From Iphione sp. A-MEVVRFRX5 (Eukaryota): 64,000 bases of DNA. Position numbers and translations under genes: made by a program. Under the pieces are notes generated by a model. It was not told where the DNA came from. It searched no databases and saw only the letters and a program-made list of their open reading frames with translations. The DNA lies in contig OZ320316.1 of NCBI GenBank assembly GCA_976226885.1, forward strand, positions 89,218,001 through 89,282,000, in the 5' to 3' direction. Shown here in pieces: positions 25,600-37,149 of this stretch (its first letter is position 1; every line of letters starts with the position of its first letter).

Positions 25600-27173
25600 A
25601 GCAGGTGCGACAGGGTCAATAGGGCCGTTTGGGAGGGGAGGGCTGCATACAGACAGTTCACGCATCAAAGTGCTGCGTGGCTGTGAAAGACGGCACATCA
25701 GGGGGGGAAACTCACACAACCAACAATGCGTCTACACACCACTGCCCACAGATAATTAGTGACTTGAATTCAACCCACATGGAGACTCAATACTGTAGAA
25801 TTAGGAGGTGACGGGTCTTGAAGAAGGAGAGCTACACACCTTGCTGTCGTTGGCAAGCACACCGGGTCGCTGTGGCCAGGGCATGGTCAGTCAGCTGCAA
25901 TGACTTTCTTCTTGGAGGGAAGGCCTGCAAAGAGAACTTAGTGTGAGGGTTTAGTACCTCAGTCGCATCAAGCGTAAATGATGCTGACACATGTCCCAGG
26001 GTCACCAAAGCAACATGCATAATCTGCTACATGTCTCGGAAAGTAACATACATGGAGCGTATAGCGGTATTATATGAAAATAAAACAAATCTCACAATTA
26101 GATCTTCTACAGAGCCTATTGAAGGAAGAAGTCCGTCTATTTGTGCCACAGGGGATACTAGCACCTGTGTACAGCTCGGTCTTTCGGAAAAAATGACAGA
26201 CTTCAATACGAAAACATGTTTTAAGGAGGCTTGCTTACACGTAGACTGACTGAGAAGAAGGTTGGGTCCGAGATCCACGAAGCCAATCTTGAGCATGGTG
26301 ACCTCTGAAAATAGGCGGCAGGGATCCGTGTAAAAAGACAGGGCCAACTGCTCATTCACTATCTCACCTCAGTCACTGGCAGAGGTCGTCCTTCAGGCAA
26401 GTCGATGTGCTTTTACCGGAATTATAACATTGACCGCATCGCAGATCAGTCGAGAATACGTTTACATGCAGTTGATAACGGTGACACTGTTCACTGGGCA
26501 TTCATCCTTCTCCAAGGAGAAGTAACAATGGGGCACCGCACGTAGGATTTCGTAACCTAATACTTGAAGTTTGCCTAAAGGACAATGGATTTCCGTGCAG
26601 AAACACAGATTAAGTTACCAGAGCTGTAAACCTGTTCCATAACATGCCAAAGCCCCAGCCAGTAAAGAGGGCCACCAAAATGTCCCTCACTATGTTCTGC
26701 AGCGACTCCTACCCAGTAAAGGCGATGAGGTCAGTCACATACACAAGACAATTAGCTTTCCTCCGACAAAAAACAGTTTTAACAAAACCAGCGCAGAGAT
26801 CCTGGCGATGTTGTTTATTGTACCTACCACCCCACAGTAGCTTTGGTGCATGTGCGAGACCACTCGCCGGGCATTATATATGCGAAGGTTCAAAGAAGAG
26901 AGAAATGTATGCAACGATGATACACTGGACATACCATCTGACAGGATAAGAAGAGGACCCATAGTGTCAAGACCTACCCAGCGCGGAGGACACGGAAGAG
27001 CAGGAGGGGCTTCTTCTCCCGAACTTCACCAGTTGGAAGATGAGGCCTTCGCTTCCTTGGAGCCCTTGTCCGAGGAAACGATACTGATGACACAATCAAT
27101 ACTTTTTTCCACTCAAGCACTATGCAGTCATGTTAACAGATACAACCTGCGTCAGACCAAATCCTCTTATTGA
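25600..27173 (+). mobile_element. Decayed Ty3/gypsy pol: RNase H, integrase and C-terminal tail
   Basis: In order: QTVHASK (like TVDASK), AVARAW..CNDFLLGGK (like AVVWA..FHDYLLG.K), CPRV (like PPRI), IRKHVLRRL (like LRKHVL.RLH), PCKKTGP, SHWQR, VDNG...GHRT, PGDVVY, and an acidic tail ending RYNLRQ. Several frameshifts. A G13 run follows at 27199-27211. Confidence 0.6.
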
Positions 27174-28318
27174 AACGATAGTATGCCTTGCTAATATCGG
27201 GGGGGGGGGGGTTAGACTTCAAACAGTTTGCTCTCCCTCCGCCCCCCCCCCCTTCAGTACCACCTGCCTCCGTATTGACAACTGCATCAAAGATCAAGCG
27301 AGCTTAAATCAAGTCATCATCTCCACAACAATAGCAGGCATACCTCTCCTCTTGGTCGTAGGCCCGAGACTTTACGTTATGGTCCTCTGATTCCTGTGTC
27401 GATTCCTCGTCTTTTACCCTCTCATCCATCAAGAAGAGGAATATAGGCTTCAGGTATAAAAGCCATTCTCATAAGAACACTGAAGCAGATATAAAAAGTC
27501 AAAAAAGGGAATGAAGGCCATATATCACCTTTATATTTGCTGTCCTCGTTATGCTACACTCGAGAATCAAATTAGTTTGGTTGTGGGGGCATTTATAAGA
27601 GCGATGACGACAGTCTGACCCTCTGTCCCTCAGTGATACAAATATCAACAGTGAGGGCCAGCACGAGTGTCAGTGGCTATTTTCCCCATGATTCCTCAAG
27701 GGGAGTATGCAAGATGTCCGCAGCCTGTTTTTGAAGCTATTTTTGAAGATGTGGAGTTCACTGCAGACACGCATTGCAGTACCTTAAGCTGATCTAGACG
27801 TTGTAGGTGAAGTAGTGGAGCCTGGAACGAACTTTATGGATTACCTGGCAAAGTTTGCCTCAACTAAGTCAACTTTGATTAAACCGATTGATGGTGCATG
27901 CTGCAAGCTGTGAATACCATATCGTGTGAATGTGGTTAGGTGGTGTCGATGTGGACTGAAAGCCTAAATCGTTTAGATAAAACTGTTATGTTCTTTGAGC
28001 TGTAGAGGAGTTCTTGAGCTCTTTGCCTGTGAATGGATGCTACCAGTGATTTTTGAATCTGCAAATTTTTTGTCTTGTCAATCTCTCATGGTCTGTTGCT
28101 AATTTTCTTTTAAGCTGTTGATTAAAATTATTATTTGGTCTTGCATTGCCTGAAGCATATGTTTTCTAGATGACTTCCATATATTCCTAGTTGGCTTGTC
28201 AACTGTGTGACTCTGTTCTCGTAGTTTTTTTTTATTGAAAATTCAACAAATACATAATGACTACAGTCGCTCTTCATATGTATCTGCGACCTATTGTTAG
28301 CTACATTGTTCTATCAAT

Positions 28319-28790
28319 TCAACCATTGTCAAAAATCATTAGGTAGTAGTTGTAGTAGTCAGCGAACAGTGTTGTTAGCATGCAACTGAAGTCGAGATTG
28401 GTGTTTGCACACTGTATGATGAAGCTGAGGTTTTGCTCTGGAATCTGTGTGGCTAATTTGATTTGTAGCCCCTTTTGAGTGGTACATTTTTTCAGACAGT
28501 CATACAGGGACTTGCAATGATGGGCAGTTCTGTTGTTTGACAGCACCAACGTGCCAATTGTATGGAGACATGGTAATGTTTTATCTTATGTACATCTTGG
28601 TGGCATTGGTAATGGTGACTTCAACTGGAAGTCTGGTTACCTGTAGTGTGTTGCTGGTTAGGTAAATGTGGTTGTGGGTGGCCCAATATGCACTGTGGTG
28701 TCTGCAGTTTATTCGTATTGTGATTCCCAAGAGGGGAACCAGGGGCGGTAATGTCCAAAATGTAGTTAAGGTAGAACACCCTAACACCAT
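28319..28790 (-). pseudogene. Degenerate leucine-rich-repeat-like extracellular segment
   Basis: Hydrophobic start MVLGCSTLTTFWTLPPLVPLLGI, then HIYLTSNTL, TKMYIR*NIT and TLVLSNNRT (like LxxLxLxxNxL). Frameshifted, with stops. Confidence 0.3.
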
Positions 28791-30164
28791 GAGTAGGGTG
28801 ACAGTTTAATGATGGATTTTATTTCCCCTATTTTTTTACACTCATGTGCCTTCATCAGAGGTAATAATGCACATATTCGTCTTCCTTATGCACTCGATCT
28901 GTACCCAGGTTAATTTGATACGGCAAATTTTGAAGGTCTGGGATAGTGATATGCATGTACATACTTCCTGAACACTCCATAGCCGAACAATGTTCATATC
29001 TGAACGGTCAGAGGTGCAACCAACCTTTTCGTATTATCATTTGATACTCATTTTCCAACCGCTTAATTTCTGAATATGAACAAAGGATTTTACAGTGCTG
29101 GAAACTTATTTAATACTCCATATACAAATGACTGAGTGTTCATAACACAATATTTACTAAAATAACAAAAGATTAGCAATTTTCCATAGCTGAACGATCT
29201 CCATATCCAGACAACTTGAGGTGAAATGAACCCCCCGTCCCCCTTTCTGGACGTGTGGGCCGACTCGACTGTATATGATAAAATAGCATTAGGCAGTTTC
29301 GAATAGCATGAAATGACGTCAATGTTATGATGATTATGATGATAATAATGAGCAGAAATACATTATACGTGTCCAGGTGCTGGTTTAGTTGGAGGTTTCC
29401 CCCATTTGAAGATGGTATATATCCTTACCTGTTTATTGACCTATGATTAGGTATCAATTGTCCTGATTACTTTGTTTCTTGTCGCTGTATTATAAATATG
29501 ACAAATAGACTATTTTCACATTATGATTTACGTTGTCAAGGAGGTAAATACTTAATCTTACCTACCAAGATAACATATTTCAATTGTATGTTTTACGAAC
29601 CGATGGTCTCTCCATTGAAAACATGCAATTGATTGTCATTATCAGCTATTATAATATCACAGAATGATTTAATTTTTTATCGTAATTTTTCTAGGATAAT
29701 TGATCTCCAAAGTGATACCTATTCTGCGGCCACTTTGTAATGAATTGCCTCAATTAGTGTAGCTTGCTAATGAGCTAGAATGATAAGTGGCACATTTCTT
29801 CAAGTTTCCCTGGTAACAAATGGATGTTGTTTTCTTCGTTGTTTTTTTCTAATAGGCCATTCTGTATTTAACACTAATTTACGTTGATAACTACGGGTCA
29901 TGAGTTGCATAATTTCACCGTTACAAATTTTCTCTCTAAAAGTGGTCAAAAGGAAGAATCTTCCATGAATGTTTCCATATAGCTGTCCCACTCCGGCATC
30001 TTGTACTGTCTCTGAGCAGCTGTACAAATTCTCAGATGGAAGTCAATCACTATTGCGTCAATCGCATGAAAAACCGACCCCGCACGAGATCCAGTTTCAA
30101 AATTGAAGAATATCAATCTTGGCGGGTGAAAGAAACGTGTCTATTGCATGGAAATTAGTAGACT

Positions 30165-30416
30165 GTGTCTGATGAATTACTTCCAATGGAAATCCGACTC
30201 AAGATAAAGTTAACTAATAAGGCTCACTTCGAGAAAACCACTGCCTGCCAGACTGCGCTAATCTTGTCCACAGTCGAGGACGGAGGGTTTGGTTTGCCGT
30301 CCGCTCAAAGCGTGATTGGTTGCTCCTCGTGTCTTCCTAAGACACACCGGTGTACTAGTCGCGCAAGCTTTGTCCAGGTAGAGCCAGGTCCCATCTCATC
30401 CGATTACAGATGGTAA
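30165..30416 (+). mobile_element. Non-LTR RT thumb-region remnant
   Basis: QTALILSTVEDGGFGLPSA, like Q..LP...GGLGL.SA. Confidence 0.3.
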
Positions 30417-33381
30417 TGTAGTACAGTCTGCCTGTCTATTGGGTGCAGGCGAAAGCCCGGCGGAAACCAGAAGCGCCGTTCCCAATAGATGACGGACGGT
30501 GAGCCATGCTTGCAAGTGGTGGCCTATAGCCCAGCATCTCATTCATTATCCGCCATTAATTCCATGTAAAGAACGTCAGATCTTTGCCACGTGGGATGTA
30601 TTCACTAGTGACTGTATTTTTTCCCTTTGGTAAAACTCGGTGGAGACGTGTTCTAGTCGAGGCCCTCTAGAAAGCACTGCTTAGTATTCCGTGTTTACAC
30701 CGCGAGCACATTTGTCACGTAAATCGTTTTTCCATATGGAGGTGTTGTCATCCGTAACATAAAAGCTGTCCTCGGACAAGAAAAACAAATTAACAATGGG
30801 CGATTTATTAGTCCTCACATGGAATATAGTGAACGGGTGTTTAGGCAGCCTTGGCCAAGATATCATAAAATGGCAGAACGGGCTGAGTGGTAATGCACAG
30901 TGTGTTGGCTTCTCCGATAATGGTTATTATGGCGTTCGCTTCGCCTTGAAAAATTGTCACCCTGTGGAAAGAAATTTTCAACGATGATAAGGTGCACGCA
31001 ATTTTGCTGACACGTGGATGTCTAAATATGGCTTTGTATCCACGAGTTTCATTGATATAGTCCGGCACGCTGGTAGTTTTTTTGACATAATATCAATTAT
31101 CTGTAAACGAATTGTCTATGTGTGTGAAGCTATAGGTGATAATACGGGAGGGAAAGCGAGGGGCCTTCCCGATTCATATGTTCATGAATAATACATCTCA
31201 TTTTGCTTGGCTTAGATCGACAGATTCGCTCCCGCTCATCGGCTTCTATAGGGGGCCCTCTTGTCTTGGTATTAGGCACCGAATGAGCTGATTCATATTA
31301 CAGCTTATCCTCTTGTTCCACTCACCTTGCTGACTCTACATGGGCTTAATAAGATGAGGCTAGACGTCCTGTCAGTCCCCAACGCTCGTTTGGTCGTTAT
31401 AGGCCACCTGTGCAGAGAATGTAATTGACAATTAACGATGCCCTAGGTGAGTGTCTGCAAAGGCACACAAAAGGATCATCGCCTGTAGCTATCTTAGGAC
31501 AGCTCTTAACAATGTTCCTCGGACCCATGACAAAGGCATGACAAATTTAGGCGTACTCCAGCTGTACTTCTTGTTTCTCGACCACGTCATAATGACACTA
31601 GTACGAAGTGTGAGAGGTCGTGGTGTATTTCGTCAGAATGAAATATTAATTCTTTCGGTAGGTAGTGCCACAGCCCGATGAAATCCAGAAAATTGTAGAC
31701 AAACATTGGATGGTATAAATTCAAAACGATTTGGATACAACAGTCACTGATGGAATAGTTCGCACGCAGGAGGCTTTACTATACATTCTAACACATGTTA
31801 ACATGTATATAGTACAAGCTCAACAATTAGACAGTTCATTCCTTCCTTTGAGGGCAATTGATGAAATTATTTTTATATTTTCACCGACTAGGAGGATCAC
31901 CTTTACAATAAGAACATGAAATTAAATCTAATATATATATATATTTATGCATAATGATCCATCGTAGTGCAAAGACCAAAGTAGCCTTCCTTGCTTTAGA
32001 ATCTCATGAAATCTGCTATTCGTGTCTGCGTATGGATTTGCTTCAATAAAATATCAAGAAGTACTACTTCCACTTATTCTCTAACTTTCCAGGCTAAGCA
32101 AACAAGTAGTGCTAAGAAGCATTGAGTCAAAATGGCACATGTACACCTTACTGAATTACGAGAAGAAAGATTCATGTCCAAGACATGGGAAACCGTTCAG
32201 CGATTATTGAAAATAACGAAAGGTATTAATGTATCAGATAAGGCTTCTATACCAGAAACAAGTGCATTCTCTATTTTCCTTCGATGAATACAAGATGCAA
32301 GCAGGAATTTGTTTTCCCAGCATCTTCTGTTTCGCCTTATTCAACACCAGCCTATGGATAGCTCCAGTGTTTCATTTCGATCAATTTCATTTGTATGAAA
32401 TTATATAAACTGCAGATGGCTATAGAAAATTAGAACAATTGCATTTTGAGCCAGGAGAATTACACGTTCTGCTAGACGAAGTAACAATGCGGAGAATATA
32501 TTTTCAAGACATTCTGCAATACAGATGTTCAGTAATTAATCGAAAATTATCATTCGTTGTTTACTCTACCATGGATGTCTATGCAGTCTCTTTCAACAAT
32601 ACGAAGATGTGCTTTGGTCAAGCGACCATGCTTTGCCACAATGTAGGTCAAAACGATATACGTTTATTCGCCTCATTCCATTTTAACAGTCTTTTCAGAT
32701 TTATTTTCTCATCGATTCAGGAAAATGTATGAATTAACATTATCCTTCTATATATACTGAATGAGTTTCACATAAAGCAAAGACAAGAATAATTTCAAAT
32801 GAAAACTGCATGTTCACATTGTTTCAACCCTCTCTTGAGAAAGCATAAGTTTAGACTGCAAAACATTATAAACTTGTGAGAGAATGAAACGCTTTCTTTG
32901 AGATAACGTAGGCACATCAAGATGGTGGTGTCCATATAGAATTCAAACTGTTATATGTACAATTCTTAATTCTTTAAGAGATACACGTTCCAATGAAAAT
33001 TTGAAGCCTCAAGGGACGCGATCTATTCGTTTTCTGCACAGACTAGTTTCCCGCTATTTAGTCTCCTGCTGCGACTTTGAATTTAAACCTGCCAGAAATG
33101 AACATATAATTTTAGTGAATAAAAAGAAATACAATGTATATCATGTGCATCTTTAATTTCAATGGACAAGAAACACAGTAGGGACCCCCCCCCCCTTACG
33201 GACAACTTGACCAGGCGAGCGACGCATGTCAGCGGGTGATTCTTGTTTGTCCAAAATGTGTTTTCTGTATAATCTGATATACTGGATGCTCATTCAGGTG
33301 AACAGCTTGATTTTATGGCGAACTTACTCTCAAACCACATAGCTGAATAAGTATTTAACATGGAAATATGATATGTTTGCA

Positions 33382-33560
33382 CCTCCTGTGGGCATGGGGA
33401 CATCGGTGAACCCTCTACCAACATGCTGGTTGTGGTCTGTTTGATAGTATTCGGCCTCCTGTGGGCATTGGGACTTGCCGAACCCTCTCCCAACACACTG
33501 GTCATGGTGCGTTTGATACACTCAGACATCCCGCAGGCATGGGATATAGACGAACCCACT
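33382..33560. repeat. Diverged 72-73-bp tandem repeat, about 2.5 units
   Basis: Units start at 33382, 33455 and 33527 with CCTCCTGTGGGCAT..GGGAC...GAACCCTCT.CCAACA...GTTTGATA. Confidence 0.8.
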
Positions 33561-33893
33561 ACATAGATAGACACTACCACCAAGCCAATTCAGAAAGGCA
33601 ACAGTATGGAGAGAGAGGGAGAAAGGGATTATATTTCATATTTGACCCCCTATCAACAAGTTGTGTCTGGTCTTACGAAAATATATACAGAATAGACAGC
33701 TTATCAATATATTTCATCCAGAAAAGCGACCAACCCGCAGTTGCAAACATTTAAGCCTGGTCCCTTAGGCGGTTGCATTGATGATGTTGCTACTGTATAT
33801 ACACATTTTGATTTCAATGCACCATATTTAAAATGTTTTTAGCAAATAATCATGAATGTTAACATAAAACAACGTTCATTTCGTGTTCCGTGA

Positions 33894-34076
33894 GTGAGAG
33901 CCAGTATAAAGTCTCTGGTATGTAGAATTACGTTTGAAATGTCCCTAACCTTTTGGCACAAAGCCTATCCCCCAAGTTCTAATGAGAGACCGCAGTTCAC
34001 TCGCCGAATCATTATTGTCGCAAGCAATGTTTCATATGTGAAGGCGTCGTTATTTCGGTGCTCACTGGGTATATAA
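33894..34076 (+). mobile_element. Possible hAT transposase dimerisation-domain remnant
   Basis: LTFWHK...PQFTRRIIIVASNVSYVKASLFRCSLG, like L.FWK...P.LA.LAR..L.IPA.S..SER.FS..G. Confidence 0.25.
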
Positions 34077-35114
34077 TGAGTATTTAGGATTCCATTTACA
34101 TTCATGCCAATCGGGACATTTGAATAAAGAAACGTTCCCTTCGGGGAACACGATACTCTTCGCTGCTAAGGTGAAGGTGTATCACCTCAGTTTGAAAATT
34201 GCGTGTGCCATAATGAAACATTAGACTTGATACATTGTGATAACGTGTTGTAAAATAGTACTAGACTAGATCTACAGCATGCTTTATAGGAAAATAAGCA
34301 TTTTAGGAGTATCTAAGCCATAGCTGACGTAGATATTTATATGAAGTAGTTATTTATTTATTTAAGTCTTTGATGACATGAATTCTACAAAGCATCACAA
34401 ACGTTAGAAATTACTTTTGTTGCTGACGTTGGCAGTAATCTTTGCCTTCATAGACTTCATTTGCTATAAATGAAGAATTCAAATGCACAGCTAGAGGACA
34501 TGTTATAGCACAGTTGGGATTAAAATAATTCAAAGTAATAAAGACAACGAAAGGATAAATAAGATAACATTCAGTGATATCAATAAAAATGAAAGGAATT
34601 TTAGTATCATGAACTGATGCCTGCTTTCCATATCAAAACCTGCTTTTTGGTGGTTGAAATATGTTTAACTTTCACCTCCCCCTTGACGGAATCTATATGC
34701 CAATGTCCCCTGCTATTTCAGGATACTTTTTTTGCTTCTTTGTCTGAAACTACGAATCTTGGTAAGTCCCTTTCTTGATTTATGCTTGCATATTTTTCAC
34801 ACTTTTATCGTTGAGCACACAGTTCATAACTAGTAGTTATTCTTCTAGGGTCACACAGTATACTGTCTGCAGTAACTTTTAGCTTTAGTTAGTGACAATA
34901 TTAGAACCCATTCACTTTCGTCATATAGCACACATTCACAGATGTTTCGTTGCGGAGTCCATGGTTTTTTTATTAGATTTCGGTACAAAAATATGAAAAA
35001 GTGGCTGTCGTGCATTTACTTATAAAACAACGTTCGGAGGATGTAATATCTACATTTTTAACAGCACAGTTACCTGGTAGCATATTTAGACACCTCCAGC
35101 CTGCCGGGTCAACT

Positions 35115-35472
35115 TAGGCAAAAAAGAAATAGGTGTGTTTCTTGTCACAACCAGCCAAAAATCTAGGTAGGGAGGGGGTATCTATTTTTTTAAAAATTTA
35201 TTCTCCACTTGCTTCCTCTGCATTTCAATAATGATAAAGACAATAAGGAGAATTTTGATCAATCTCTATGAATTTTATAGTTTTGGGATGAATTTCTATG
35301 GATTTTGTTGATTTTCTACTAAATTTACCAAAAACATGTGGCGTGAAAACATGTATCTTAGAAGGAAATTCAGCCTTGGAAACTCCTTGAGGCCAAAAAT
35401 TCTTTAGGTAGGGTGAGGTTTTACTAGGTAGGGGTGGGTTACCAGAAACACACCTATTTTATTTTTGGTCTT
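35115..35472. mobile_element. Small TIR element (MITE), about 360 bp
   Basis: Perfect 16-bp inverted core AAATAGGTGTGTTTCT (35127-35142) and AGAAACACACCTATTT (35444-35459), extending imperfectly outward (AGGCAAAAAAG / ATTTTTGGTCT). Internal TAGGTAGGG repeats near both ends. TSD and superfamily unresolved. Confidence 0.75.
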
Positions 35473-35770
35473 ACTACTTGCCCCTTTAGCGGCTGATCAG
35501 GGTCCCACCCAGGCCTTAGTCTTGTTGCTCCAGGTTATATTGCAGAATTATCGCCTAAGCAACATATAGCTGCAATTGCAAATCCAAAATAACCGCCATT
35601 TAATACATATATGTCGTATTTTTTCTAAAGGGATATATCTTCACGCATTCTGGTAATTTACGTAAATGACCTAACTACGGAATAGCGTACATAACCAGTA
35701 CGCTACTTTCAATCTTTTCCTATTGTTTGGTTACTGAAAATAGGGAAATCGAATTACTGCCAAAGAATAC

Positions 35771-36543
35771 TCATGTACCTACACTTAACGGTGGTATGTA
35801 GCAAGATCTCATTTTTATTACAAAACCTATAAAAGAAAACAAAATCATGTTTCCACAGTTCTTCATGGTAAAAAAGATCCTATTTAGGGAGGTCAGGAAC
35901 GGGCTAACATAGCTACACCTACTTGGATTCTGCCATTTCGACCTCAGTCCCAGGGGGTCCCCGTCACTGTAAATGATGGTCATCCAGTAATGTAATCAGC
36001 TTGTATTTCAAGGTTTCCGACTGGGAGATGCCACATCATCGCCAATAAGAAGAAGTCAATAGCATATTGCTGCTGCCTCTGCGTGTTTGAATTTTTTTAC
36101 AACAAAGCAAGTACACCTTCATACCAAGTTTCTGTATGATTTTATATAAGACGGTGAATAATGAGTCATCGACCGCTAAGCATTTGTCCTGCGCCAGTTC
36201 GGTGTGTATCATTGAAGACACCCATGATTATGCCCTCTTGGACATGACAATTCTATAAGAGGATGTCTTAATACCTTCACCTAACATCTTCCCTGAAACT
36301 ACTCTCGATTCGCCTCGTGCTGAAGGATAAATTTCCTTCAGTCTTCTTCGCGTTCACGCATCGTGCTGAATTTGCAGACTTCACTTTGTGTGTTTCCCGC
36401 AAGCACATTTGACCCCATGCCATTTCAAAGTGTTCTTTGAACTGGACCTGCCGTTCAATAAATATTCTTGAAGACACCAGCTGTGACTCTTCCTTGAACG
36501 GCCAATATATCTTTAGTTGTATATAAATATATGTATTCCCCAA
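35771..36543 (-). mobile_element. Decayed piggyBac-like transposase
   Basis: DKCLAVDDSLF (like ..LSVDESM), KLGMKVYLLCC (like KYGIK.W.LCD), IYSDGDPLGL (like IYTGK...GL), NRIFFT (like DNFFTS) and GFVIKMRS (like GTVRKNR), in the expected order. Confidence 0.45.
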
Positions 36544-37149
36544 ACCTCCTGCCTGAGGAAAGCCAAAGCCCTCATACTATAACAGGATTAATCGTATTCA
36601 ATGCAGTGCTAGATTTCGAGAGTAAATCAATAATAACTACACGGTTTTTTTTAACCACCCATTTTGGTTGCTTTTTAAAGACATACAAAATCGAAGTTGC
36701 CTGTCAAGTGTGATAATTCTACTATTTAGGGCATTGTCTTTTTCAATGTAAATTACCAATTTCATCCAAATATTAATCATGAATTTGTTCTATATACAAA
36801 ATGTTCGAAAGCTCAAATTCAGTAAAAATATATTCGTCCATGGCATCTTGTGGCTGTTGGCGGAAAAACATGCAGTGCAATAGCTGATGATCTTTCAATA
36901 TTTAATTATCGACCACCATTAAATAATAAAAAGTAACAATTGCGCCCGTCCACATAAAACCACCATAGTACTTTGAACCGTTTCACAAACATCATACAAC
37001 TCAGTACAGAATTTGTCAGATACAATACGGGAATTCGGAACTTTGAAATAGATAGCATAGTAATTCGATCATTGTCCACGTCACTGGAAAGCTACATGTT
37101 TCATATAGGCGCCTTGATAGCTACGACTAGCACGTGAAATATGTACAGG

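Noticed and set aside
27600-28230. gag zinc knuckle or Penelope C-terminal remnant
   Set aside because: Hints (GCGHLA; SIHRQRAQEL) fall in conflicting interpretations, and no complete CX2CX4HX4C is present.
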